A stretch of DNA of 64,000 nt from Eledone cirrhosa. Lineage: Eukaryota. The notes under the pieces are model-generated. The model saw only the letters and a list, made by a program, of their open reading frames with translations. It did no database searches and was not told the origin of the DNA. The position numbers were made by a program, and so were the translations under genes. The stretch is from NCBI GenBank assembly GCA_964016885.1, contig CAXHJY010000461.1, positions 34,831-98,830 on the forward strand, in the 5' to 3' direction. Shown piece by piece: positions 1 through 11,648 of this stretch (positions within the stretch are counted from its first letter, which is position 1; each line of letters begins with the position of its first letter).

Positions 1-52
1 GGTGCGGACAGGTTCATGCGTGGGCGATCCCTCAAGGTGGGAGACAGAAAGC

Positions 53-157
53 AACACGCAACCTTTTTTCAACATGGCCAACAGGAAACAACACGCAACC
101 TTTTTTCAACATGGCCAACAGGAAACAACACACAACCTTTTTTCAACATGGCCAACA
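53..157. repeat. ~37-bp tandem repeat, about 3 copies
   Basis: Unit AACACGCAACCTTTTTTCAACATGGCCAACAGGAAAC repeated near 53, 90 and 127. Confidence 0.85.
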
Positions 158-409
158 TCAACAACTTTCTCAGCAATCTATAATTACCAAGCTTCTCATC
201 TATATGGTACAATATGATAAAACTTCACTTTTTCAAATTATTCACCAAACTTCCATTCTACGGGATATTTACAGTGACTTCGCTTTTATGTTTCGATTCA
301 TAATCTCCAACAACAACAACAGACAATACTACTAGCTTCCTAGCAAGAAAACGATCACATAAAGAAGAGAAAACTGAACTATTTTGTAAAGAACAATTAT
401 ATAAATATC

Positions 410-565
410 ATTTCATCATTTCATTTCATTTTACGTCCGCTATTCCCTGCTTGCAAGGGTGGGACGGGAACTGATTCTGGCTTGATTTCTACAGCAGGAT
501 GCCTTTCCTAACACCAACATCATTTACAGTGAGTGCTGGGTGCTTTTTTGCCATGGCACCTCCAC
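410..565 (-). mobile_element. RTE-type LINE 3' tail fragment
   Basis: Reverse complement of the ...GCTGTAGAAATCAAGCC...CGGACGTAAAA-(TGA)n tail also seen at 32.3-32.6 kb and 61.3 kb. Confidence 0.7.
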
Positions 566-589
566 GACCACTTTGCAGTGGAATGATAG

Positions 590-747
590 GGACCCCAGTC
601 CCTATCATCTCATTTCTACAGCTGAGTAAACTGGAGCAATGTGAAATAAAGTGTCTTGCTCAAGGAAACAACACATCACCCGGTCTGAGAATTGAACTCA
701 CAACCTTTCGATTGCAAGGCCAATGCTCTAACCACTAAGCTATGCCT
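590..747 (-). mobile_element. tRNA-derived SINE
   Basis: Minus strand has an A-box-like TAGCTTAGTGG, a B-box-like GAGTTCAATTC and the body motif CCTTGAGCAAGACACTTT (also at ~41.56 kb). Confidence 0.75.
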
Positions 748-1285
748 ATATATATATATATTTTTTTTTTTACAGGTTATATATGAACATTCATTTTTAT
801 TTTTTTATTTGTTTTACTGTATTATATGCCTGTATGAACATACACGTTTTGCATCAAACACACATCATTTTCTTTGTCACACACCAATGTTTTTGTCTAT
901 GGTATATTCTGGATTCGGTGGGTCCCTGCGAGATCACTTTTCAACCGGTCGAGGTTTGGCAACAACTATTAAACACATGATAAATGTTCTTTTTATGATA
1001 GAAGGTTTCTATAAAAACATAAGCATTTTAAAATAAACAATTTTATATCACAGAACCAGAGCCACTTTCAGCCAGTTTATCTTTAGGGACAGCATTTGGC
1101 AAATATCACCGATAGATCTCAAATGAAGAAAATTAAAATTACTTGTCCAATTCACTGGATTCATTGCGTGCATACATTGGAATTCCCCCCATCAATTCGT
1201 GTGTGTATATATATATATATATAATTGGTGTTGGATGCTTAAAGCATCCGTATGAGCACTCAATGCCCTCATAGAGCAGTGTATG

Positions 1286-1509
1286 ATATCACAGGAAAAA
1301 GAGAATCAGTGTTGCGACGAAAGGAATTTATTGGACATATTACAATTGTTTCTCGGGCGACCAGCTCGAGGCACGATCGATGTGGTGATCAAACCTGACT
1401 CTGAAATCACCACATCGATCGTGCCTTGAGTTGGTCGCCCGAGAAACAATTGTAATATGTCCAATAAATTCCTTTCGTCGCAACAATGATTCTCTTTTTT
1501 CTGTGATAT
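1286..1509. mobile_element. Foldback/MITE-like near-perfect palindrome
   Basis: Arms 1286-1389 and 1406-1509 are reverse complements with about 4 mismatches around a 16-nt loop. Confidence 0.85.
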
Positions 1510-1522
1510 ATATATATATATA

Positions 1523-1599
1523 CAGGGTGTCCCAAAAATGTATACATACTTCAACAGCGATATAATCAAAGTGAGTATACATTTTTTAGGGACACCCTG
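1523..1599. mobile_element. 77-bp Tc1/mariner-type MITE
   Basis: TIRs CAGGGTGTCCC...GGGACACCCTG, with TA at 1521-1522 and 1600-1601. Confidence 0.85.
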
Positions 1600-1615
1600 T
1601 ATGTGTATATATATA

Positions 1616-2273
1616 TGTAGCGAAATCTGTCCACGCCTTGAACCTAAAAGTCAAATTCTAGGTCACCATCCTTTCCGGCGTGGAAGGGTTCATGTGTGGG
1701 CGATCCCTCAAGGCGGGAGACAGAAAGCGACAGGTATATAAAGCCTGTATCATCCCACGTCTGACACAGAGAGATCAGAGCATTACGCTATAGACAAGAT
1801 ATGCAAAGATTCACCGCCACCTTCAGGCCGCAGAGGTCTACAGGCAACCACAGACCATTACTCTCTCTCTCTCTCTCCTGGTCTCAGACTACACCAGCCT
1901 CATGAATACAACAACAAAATAACATCGCCAACCTTCGCGACTCGTGGTAACTTATTTATTGTTCTTTTTGACTGAAGTGAAGTAAACCGTTTTATATATA
2001 AAGTAAATCAGTTATTCTTGTTATTAAATCTAACAACCACTTCAAACGATAACCATTGTCATTGACACGTGTAAGCCCGCGCATGAGCAGTGCCTGGGGA
2101 ATGAATTTGATAAATCGACGGGATATATATTTTTTTCTTCAAACGATAACCATTGTCACTGACACCTTATGAAGCACGTGTTCGAACCCACGCGAGGATC
2201 CACGGCCACTCGTTATTCTGATTAGTATCAATCTGGAATACCGGGAGGTAATTCTTGTCAAGCACTCTCTACA
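1616..2273 (+). mobile_element. Putative solo LTR
   Basis: TGTAG...CTACA termini, TATATAAA near 1735, an internal 29-bp direct repeat (2040/2137) and a 42-bp motif shared with 11-52. No clean TSD. Confidence 0.4.
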
Positions 2274-3216
2274 ATAGCTTTGTTCTATTGAGTTGTCTCC
2301 CTTAGTTTCATAGAAATTCCTTTTCTTTTTTCGAAGCTCATGACCACCTGAACTTCTTATTTAGATAAATAAATAAGGAATTTATGCGTCTTCGAAAGGA
2401 ACAAATAATTAAAATATAAAGGATTTAAGAACTAAAAATCCTTCAATGATTATAGCAAGAAGAAAAAATAAGCTTTATCACCTGAAAACAACGGTAAAAT
2501 TTATTTTTAAACAAATCTTAAAAGAAATATATAATCATACGTAATATATTATGCATAATTTACATTCAAAATGGGTTTCGCGGAACCCTAGTTTTCTGAA
2601 GAAAAAAAAAATTCTGGGATAAGCTGTCTTTTGATAAAAGATTATTTTACGTTAACTTTTATATGAAGAAATTGGTCAGAAGTGAAAGTAGAAAAATGTG
2701 ACGTCGATCTGACATTCGTCAACCTTCGTTTATTTCCGTTGGTGCAAATGTAAAATATATTTTCAAGTTTTTCAAGTTAAATAAATATATCCGTAATATA
2801 TTTTCAAGTTAAATAAATATATTTGATTGCGTTGTAGTGCCAATTTATCATATTGATACAGAGAGAATTTATCAAATTAGAAAACAAATGAGGTTAAGTT
2901 TATAAATAAATATATGTTCATGTTCCAATAATATGTTCAATAATGTTTCAAAAGCATGGATACAGTAAAGTGAGTACATGTGAAAACAAATCGATTACGC
3001 TAAACATACAGAGAATAAAAAAAAAATGGTAAGAGATATAGAACAAAACACCTAAATACAGACTCACACATTCCCCACCACCACCTCGTATAAATAAATA
3101 ATTCAAGGTTTTTCACTTTGAAATCACCACGTTGATGCAAACCTAGGTTTTTCACAGATATAATACACTGATTTGCAACTTTCCATCGCTACCGCTACTA
3201 CAGCAGATAGCATTAA

Positions 3217-3495
3217 TTGGCTAAAACAACATGGACTTCTGAAAAGGTCTGCCCTTCATGTGGTGAACGCATAATGGAAGTAGTGAAAAGAAATGTGTCA
3301 GATGGAATTATCTGGCCATGTAGAAAAATAGTGTCTATTAGAAAAGGAACATTTCTAGAAAATAGTAAATTGAAGTGTCAACAAATAATTCACATATTGT
3401 ATTATTGGGCAAAAGAAGATTTAGCCAAGGGGATTTCACAGGAATCTCGTATCGCGAATGTAGCCGTAACAGATTGGCGAAATTTTTGCCGTGAA
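3217..3495 (+). pseudogene. Merlin/ISXO2-like DDE transposase, N-terminal fragment
   Basis: CPSCG...DGIIWPC...SIRKGTFLENSKL...YYW...VTDWRNFCRE; truncated before the catalytic core. Confidence 0.7.
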
Positions 3496-4059
3496 AAAAA
3501 TCATATAAGGGTTTTGAGATCAAAAAAGAAAAGTTTGAAAACTATTGATAGAAAAAAATGTTTTGCAATATTTGTTACGGCCCTTTGTCGTTTATTCTGA
3601 GATTTAAAAGTTGGTGTGTATAGATATTTTCTTCGTCTCCCAGTAAATATGTAACGCCACTATTCATTCTTTTAAACCCATTTTGGGGTTCTAAAAAAGA
3701 CTCAATTTTATTTTTGTGACTTAAGACCCTCCTCCCTTCTAGGGGGCCAGTCAAACCTTTTTCATTTCTGCCCTTTAGAGCACAAAAAAGAACATTTATT
3801 TAAACAAAGTCAAACAACAAAAAACATGGCGCCAAAATATCCTCTTTAGCTCTGTCTTTCTTTTTAAAAAGCACGTGCTGACTCCGTCGTTGCCACCAAC
3901 ACTCAGCAAGCATATAACAAAAGCAGCAATAACATCACTAATATACCATGTCACCATCACAAAAAAAAAAACATTCATATAAATAATATCAACACCATAA
4001 ACAATATCAGTCACAGGAACATAAACAACGATAGCACTGACAAAAACAACAACGATACA

Positions 4060-4435
4060 ACCAGCAGCAACAACAAAACGAACTACGACACAACCGGCAC
4101 CAGCGTCAATAGCAACAACACAACCTGCAGCAGAAACAGTAACAAAACGAACAACGACACAACCAACACCAGCGATAGCAACAACAACAAAACGAGCAAC
4201 GACAGAACCTGCACCAGCGACAGCAGCAACAACAAAACGAACAACGACAGAACCTGCACCAGCGATAGCAGCAACAACAACAACAAAACGAACAACGACA
4301 GAACCTGCACCAGCGATAGCAGCAACAACAACAACAAAACGAACAACGACAGAACCTGCACCAGCGATAGCAGCAACAACAACAACAAAACGAACAACGA
4401 CAGAACCTGCACCAGCGATAGCAGCAACAACAACA
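4060..4435. repeat. ~45-51-bp tandem repeat in the LINE ORF1 N-terminal region
   Basis: AACAACGACAGAACCTGCACCAGCGATAGCAGCAACAACAACAACAAAACG, about 7 copies. Confidence 0.9.
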
Positions 4436-5069
4436 TGTTTGCAGCTAAGAAAAGGCTATGTTTTCACATAAACCTTTTGTTTTGGCCCAGTCATGGAAGA
4501 TAACCAAACGCGAAAAATACCGGGTTAACCTAATCGTCCCGGCCAAGGCAATGGAGGCAGTTAAGCGGTGTGGATCCAGATAATGTCCGCAAAGAAAGAG
4601 GCAGGCAATTCGGCTCCCTCTCGGCGCTGTTTAAGTTTGAAGCCCTTACTCTGAAACACTCAGTGACTCCATGTAGATCGGAACAAGTGGCAATATATCT
4701 GTTCCATGGGCAGAAGGACAGTCAGGTCCGCATTCCAGGTATCCCACCAGAACTGGACGTTTGGTGGCTCCTGGGATGTGTGAGCGAGGAGGGTACAGAT
4801 ATGTCTCCCATTGAATTCACAAAAACATCTAGAGAGGATCGGTCTGAAGTGGATTTGGAGATCCTTCTCCAAAGAAAACCAGAAGATATAAAAATATCCT
4901 GGATCACATCTGCCTACAAGATGGGTCTGTCATACAAGCAGCCATTGAGGGCAAAAGGCCACTTTGTTTCATCTGCAATGAAACCAGACACCTGTGAGCC
5001 TTTTGCCCCTAAAATAAAAAGTGCAGAGTGCTGCAAACTTCATTGCTGTCAACACTGGGGTGAAGACAA

Positions 5070-5230
5070 CCAATACCAGTCAAACCATCACCAGCAGCAG
5101 CAATACCAGTTGAACCATCACCAGCACCAGCAGCAATAACAGTCAAACCATCACTATCAGCAGCAATACCAGTCCAATCATCACCAGCAGCAATACCAGT
5201 CCAACCACCACCACCACCAGCAATACCAGT
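5070..5230. repeat. ~27-bp minisatellite, left part
   Basis: CAACCATCACCAGCAGCAATACCAGTC-like units. Confidence 0.9.
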
Positions 5231-7058
5231 TGGCTGGATATCAGGTGGAATGCGAACGCATGGTGCGGTTGGCGTTCATAAATGAATTTCCAGACGACAT
5301 AGTGGTGAAACTGCAGCAAGTCCCGGGTTACAAAGAAATGGAGATGCGTGCACTGGTGAAGCAAGCCCGCATCATAGCAGAAGATGCCAAAAAGAGTGTC
5401 GCGGCGATAGCAACTACAGAGGTCCAAGACAGCTGGCAGCGAAATGGTGAAAGGGAGGCAACCACGCCACGCGGTTGCCCGCGAATGTTTAGAGGTTGCT
5501 GTTTTAGGTGCCAGAGCCCGCACATGGCAAGAGACTGTAGAGAGTCAAGGCTGGAAATAATATGCTACTGGTGTAAGCGACCAGGGGAACTACTGCGCCG
5601 GTAGTTGCCCCTTACGAGTAGAGGCGCTGCCCGTGGTGGAAGTCTTCGTGAGGGGAAAGCCACAGCGAGCCCTCGTGGACACGGGCTGTACGAGGACACT
5701 GGTGACCGCGGGGGTGGCGCAGAGGTGGAGAGGGAAGGGCAGTCGACGGCAGGAAAATTGAATGCCAAGGTCACAGTGAGGTGGAGATGGCCGTACGGGG
5801 AAGGAAATTAAGGCTTTCTGCCATCGTAGTCAACAACGTGGTGGATGGGATCGGCGTGGTTATAGGCATGGATGCAATTGGCTGTCTAGGAGGCGTCACA
5901 GTGAACAACGTCGGTGTGTCGTTTGGTGGCGCTGTGAGTACGCGACAAGGGAACCAGAAGGCCCACGAGGAGAAATACCCCGCTTACACTGTGCAGAACA
6001 AAGACTTCAAGGTCGTGTTCGATGGGTTGTTGAGTGGTATTGGAAGGGAGAACCACCAACACCGAAGACCAAAGTGGCCTGCTATCAACACACATTAAAG
6101 GGAGACATTAGGAGCGAGAGGTAGAGAGATGGATTGAGGAGGGCATACTGTTTCCTTGGAATGAGGAGGTGAAGTGCGGAGTATTGCCGTTAATGGCGGT
6201 GGCGCAATACACGAAGAACACGGTGAGGCCGGTACTGGACTTTCGGGAGCTGAACGAGCACGTGTCATGCCACACGGGTGGCGAGGTCACGGATGTCTGT
6301 GGGGAAACCCTGCGTGAGTGGAGATGCATGACGGGGGGATTCCGCAATCATAGATCTAAAGTCAGCATACTTGGAATTGCATATAGATGAGAAGCTCTGG
6401 CAGTATTAGCTGGTCGGGTATAAGGGCCGGACATAATGCCTGACCAGGCTCGGTTTCGCTGAGTTCCGCACCGAGGTTGAGGAATCGGTGCCACACAGAG
6501 CAGTATTCAGATACAAGTGCTGGCACCCGTGCACGCCACCACAACGGCCAGTGGGGAGAGAGAATGCGTTCGTGCAGGTGAGCGAAGAAGTCTGGGTTAA
6601 GCCCCCAGATGCACGTTGCACATCTCAATGGGAAAGAGGAACGGTGACTGCCGTAAATTCCCAGAACAATGTGTCCGTGGACGGAGTACCACATCATGTC
6701 CTGGATGTCCGTAGAATCACTGTGTCAACGGACTGCGAGGAAGAGGAAACCCAAAGTGCTGCCCCAACACTGGAGATCGCAAAGAAGTCGCAAAGCACCA
6801 ACCTGGACAGCAGACTTTCATATGCAGAAAGACGAGGGGGAAATTGATCCTTGAGATGGGGGGAAGCTGGGGAGTGCTCGACCGGAAAGGGCAGCAAGTC
6901 GGCCTCTCTCTAGCGGTGATCAGGAACGTGGTGGACGCAAGTTTTGCAGCTCCAGGTTTTTAACGAGTTGGATTGTACGCACGCAGAAGAGGAGAAACCA
7001 GCCATGTGATCTAGCGGCGCCTGTGAAAAGTGGTAAGTGAGGTAGCTTTTTCTAACCA
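5231..7058 (+). mobile_element. Ty3/Gypsy-like LTR retrotransposon remnant, internally deleted
   Basis: Gag zinc knuckles CFRCQSPHMARDC and CYWCKRPG; protease ALVDTGC (~5668); RT VRPVLDFRELN, IIDLKSAY and CLTRLGF; jump at ~6477 to post-integrase VWVKPPDARCTSQW; purine tract 6826-6843 followed by a partial LTR. Confidence 0.85.
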
Positions 7059-7059
7059 C

Positions 7060-7710
7060 AAAACCATCACCATCAGCAATACCACAGTCCAACCATCACC
7101 AGCAGCAATACCAGTCAAACCACCACCACCAGCAGCAATACCAGTCCAACAATCACCATCAGCAATACCACAGTCCAACCATCACCAGCAGCAATACCAG
7201 TCCAACCTATCACCAGCAGTAATACCAGTCCAACCTATCACCAACAGCAATACCAGTCCAACCATCATCACCAGCAGCAATACCAGTCAAACCATCACCA
7301 GCAGCAATACCAGTCAAACCATCACCAGCAGCAATACCACAGTCCAACCATCACCAACAGCAATACCAGTCCAACCATCACCAGCAGCAGCCATACCAGT
7401 CCAACCATCACCATCAGCAATACCACAGTCCAATCACCACCAGCAACAATACCAGTCCAACCATCATTACCAGCAGCAATACCAGTCCAACCATCATCAC
7501 CAGCAGCAATACCAGTCCAACCATCACCAGCAGCAATACCACAGTCCAACCATCACCAGCAGTAATACCAGACCAGCCATCACCAGCAGCAGCAATACCA
7601 GTCCAACCATCACCAGCAGTAATACCAGTCCAATCACCACCAGCAGCAATACCAGTCCAGCCATCACCTGCAGCAGCAATACCACAGTCCAACCATCATC
7701 ACCATCAAAA
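7060..7710. repeat. ~27-bp minisatellite, right part
   Basis: Same unit as 5070-5230, more than 20 degenerate copies. Confidence 0.9.
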
Positions 7711-7985
7711 CCAACCAGGGGTAAATGAGGAAAGCTATCCCACTGCCACTCCTGAAACAAATACACACAAACAAAATCACATTCCCACTCCCTTCTGACA
7801 CAGACTCCCCAGACACAAGTCCCACTTCATCCGCAAGTGAGGATGGGGAGAGGGGTAACCCCAGAAACAAAAGTACATCTTCACACACCTCAACCATCAA
7901 CAAAAACAACTACAAAAAATAAACAAATATACACAACCACAGACAAAAATGGAAACACGCCACTACGTGTTGTTAAGAAAGCAAC

Positions 7986-8128
7986 ATAGTTACGTCCCTT
8001 TACAATCTGTGTTCAAATCCCGCCGAAGTTAACTTTGCCTTTCATCCTTACAGTGTCGATAAAATAAAGTACCAGTAATGTACTGGGTAATTGCTGGCCT
8101 TGTGCCTAAAGTAGAGACAATTATTATT
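7986..8128 (+). mobile_element. SINE, 5'-truncated, with (ATT)n tail
   Basis: GTTCAAATCCCGCC..AACTTTGCCTTTCATCC..GTCGATAAAATAAAGTACCAG..GGCCTTGTGCC..ATTATTATT; family recurs many times in the window. Confidence 0.85.
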
Positions 8129-11100
8129 GAAGGTGAAGCCACACTTCTCGGCTCCAGTTTTTTTTTCAACTATATACATCTATTTCGACCGTTTCTAAAC
8201 TTCTGTTCAAGTTTTAAACTTGATAAGAGTTTAGAGGAAGTGACCCGCTTAATACAGGGGTTTCACTTGTTAATAATACGACACCCCATAAAGGGGTGTC
8301 GTATTATGTAAAATTTACTTGAAATAATTTTCATTCAAACATGGATACCAGCAAAAAGAGAGAACGCCATCAGACAACACAGAGAGAGGAAGAAGTCAAC
8401 AAGACGGTGTTCGAGCAAAGATGAATACAAAAGAAATATTACGAAAGAAAAGAGAAACAATATCCTTTTTAATGATGTTTCAGATTTAAAAAAGCCAAAT
8501 AGTACTGACACAAACAACACCATCAATAACGGCGATAAGGTCGAGAAAGACAATAACAACAGTAACCAGCAGCAGTATCAATGAAAACAACAATAACAGT
8601 AAGAACGATCCTAGCACCAACAACAAGGGGCCACTTCTTTTGCAGGTGTGGCCCGAAATATAGAAACAGTGCTAGTCACGGAAGAGGAGATAGCAGTCGC
8701 AAGGGCCATGGTGACAAGAAATGCCAATCAAGTCTCCCTGAAACCTCCACCCGATTTTTTTCAAGGACCAGCAGCTACGGACGGTGATTTACCGCACTGT
8801 AAGCAAAATATCACATCATGTGGAGAGAGCCATGGTGGCTCAAATTCAAAAGGCCTTGGAGTGCGTCTGGGCATGCAAAACCCACATCACCCGAAGCAAA
8901 AAGTATGCCTAAGTAGACGTACTTTTGCCACCCCCGAAAAGACAAAGTCTCACTCTTTGGTAACCCTAAAGAGTGAGGAGATAGTCTTGGTGCCCTCCTA
9001 CTGCGGGCAGAAAATTGTGAGGGTGAAAGTGACCCAGGTCCCGCCCGACGTGCCCATGCCGTGGCTGGCCACATCTGTACTTGCTGGAATCGAGGACAGG
9101 AAGACCGTGCTGCATGTACATATAATGGGGAGGGAGAACTGGTCAGGTATAGGCATGTAAATCTAATACAAACTGACCAGGAGTTTATCGAGGCTATCCC
9201 GGACATCATAGACCTCGAGGAAGGAGTCCAATTCCCTATAAGTGTGGAAGCAAGGCTCCCAAAGTGCTAGCTCTGGGTCTAAGGAGCCTTTTGCCCGCAG
9301 AAGACTGTGAAGAAGAAGACGTCCCTCCTTCCAACACCTGGTCCGCTGCTACCAAGATCAGGGCAGGCAGCAGACCCTTCCATGCGGAGTAGGAGAGCAA
9401 CGTCTGTGACACCCATACCAAGGCCTCGGACAACTAAAACAGTGGCAGCAGTTGAGGCAACACCAATAGCTACATTTGCAATAGCTGCACCAGCAATAAA
9501 ATCGCCAGAGAGGGCTATACTACCACCACCAACAGCCATGAAGCACATACCCCTCCCAGATGCCAAGAAATCCGACATAGAGTGTGAGGCGGGAGTGAAG
9601 TGGCAAGAGGTCTGCCACAAAAAAAAAGGAGCCCTGAGCTTCGCCTCCAAAAGCGAGGACAAACAGAGAGGGGTAAAGGCTGCAAGGCAACTTTCAGCAT
9701 CACCGCAAACACAGCAAAGCACACACACCCAACAGCACCCCACCCCCAAACAAAAAAATTTACACAGCCATAAACATTGCAAATAAAGAACTTATGGAAC
9801 ATATAAAGCAGCACACATTCATTACAGACAAAAATTACCATACCCCACCAACACCAAGAACATTACTAAAAAATATAAACATCATTCAAATCAAACTGAA
9901 ACAATATAAACTTTTGAAACAAAAGAGAATATACACAGACATCCATGACCAGCTGAAGGGATGGTTCTACTGTCCCTTCCCCACACGATCAAGGTAAGTG
10001 ATCCTTTCTCACTTACCCCGTTCCTCACCCGGCATGGCCGTACTCAGAATAGGCAGTGTAAATGTATGTGGCTTGGGATCATCTTGGAAGCAGGGTCACC
10101 TGCTCAACGATCTCAGGTCACTAAACATAAATGTGGTGGCCATCAGCAAGACCAGAATCTCCGAAGCATGAGCCTTTGCACTGTTCTTCGGCAGCTACGA
10201 TGTATACACATCTCCCAGCCGTCGGGGAGAGGAGTTGCTGTGCTTTTTCGGAGAGGCTTGGATCTCGCCATACGGACCATCTTCCTGGATCCAGAAGGTA
10301 AGTCAATGATGCTGGACATGACCGGCAGCGAAGGTAATGCTTTCTGGCTAGAAGCCGTCTAAGCCCCAATAGGGGCAAGGACGGCCAAATTTCTTTAGAT
10401 GTCTAGAGACCTTTCTTGGAATGTTCCGCTCTTTAGTGTTAGTGGGCGACTGGAACGGTATCTTGGATGCATGCTGGGATTATGTGGGGCTAGTAGACAG
10501 AGGAGGAGGGTGTAAAAGACTCAACAACCTGCTCAGACGGTTTCAACTGTCTGACAGGTAGAGACTGGATTATCTAAATGTGGATATGGGCAAACTGCAT
10601 TGGGTCATCCAGAGTAATTAGAGTAGAATCAATAAGGTTTAACAAAGGAGTAGTAATAGAATAGAATAGAGGACGAGCTAGAAGAGGCGTTTAGGACAGG
10701 CATTGCAACCGATGTGCTTGCGGCAAGATTGGCACTCAACCAATTCTTCAATTCAAAGTACGACGGTTGTGTTGTCAGAGCTAGAGCTTGTGCTCTGAGA
10801 CACGGGATGAAAGCCATTCAATGGGCCTGAGTGGTGGAGGCGTGGCGTAGCAACATATCCACAATTCGGTCTTTGCCTGATCAAAATGGGGGCATGTTGC
10901 TTGAAACCCGAGCAGATGTGTGGCTTTTCAACAACACTTTGCTCAATTGTTCGGACTTCAGTGCATACCTCGACAGACTGTCGCGGCTCTTGACGACCAC
11001 AGCGCAGTGCTTCGAAAAGCCGATAACAGCAGGTAAAATACGGGAAGCGATGTCTGACTGCATGAGGGGCAAATTGCCAGGTTTGGATGGTCTGCCCTAC

Positions 11101-11648
11101 GAGCTTTATGTGTACGTGCCAGACTTGTTCGGCGACCTCTAGGCAGACGTCTACTGTCATGTGTAGGACGGATCCGGTTATCCACTGAGTCCATTGTGCA
11201 GATAGCCCTGCCATCCTCTTTTAAGGAGGAGGAAGGGCAGGCAGTTTTCATCTGCCTGGTGGTCATGGTGAAAGAGATTGTATAGTGGACAAGGTTGAAA
11301 GGATTGAATACGGACACTTTCCTCTTCGGCGAATCCCTGATTAACTTTTTCAAGTTTCACTTGAAGAGGAAAATCAGGGTGGAGAGACAAGTGCTATCTT
11401 CTAGTAAGTTTGTTGAACGGTGGGTGAAAGTGGCAAATCTTGTTCGAGTGAACGGGCCTGTTCTGAGTATGCGCCTGTAGACTGAGGGGTGGGAGAACTG
11501 AGAGAGGGTGCTTGCCCTGGTGGTCAGGGTGGCCGTGGTCTTGTGTAAACGCCCACTGTCCCAGTCTTTTGTATTGTCCCGTATATGTCGGCCCTTGTGG
11601 CCAATAAATGAAATCATTATTATTACTATTGTTATTATTATTATAATT
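8129..11648 (+). mobile_element. L1/Tx1-clade LINE B, decayed, most of RT deleted
   Basis: 5'UTR shared with C and E; ORF1 remnants 8648-9997; ORF2 from 10034 (MAVLRIGSVNV, GDWNG, KLPGLDGLPYELY); deletion at ~11160; 3' end GGCCCTTGTGGCCAATAAATGAAATC(ATT)n. Confidence 0.85.

Larger units (their letters stand above)
3780..7985 (+). mobile_element. L1/Tx1-clade LINE remnant A (ORF1 only), interrupted by tandem repeats and a Gypsy fragment
   Basis: 4570-5040 (RGRQFG..LFKFEALTLKH..IPGIPPELDVWWLLGCV) matches ORF1 at 12.4 and 14.3 kb; 7780-7980 (FPLPSDTDSP..SEDGERGNP) matches 13040-13310. Confidence 0.7.

Noticed and set aside
680-747. tRNA gene
   Set aside because: A/B boxes run into a SINE body, with no complete cloverleaf or terminator.
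2567-3686. CAAAATGGGTTT inverted repeat as Merlin TIRs
   Set aside because: Only 12 bp, not extendable, and no TSD found.
4083-4436. Poly-Leu membrane-like ORF
   Set aside because: Antisense translation of a CAA-rich tandem repeat.
7030-7728. 232-aa Ser/Thr/Gln-rich ORF resembling a mucin or prion-like protein
   Set aside because: It is a translated minisatellite open in several frames on both strands.
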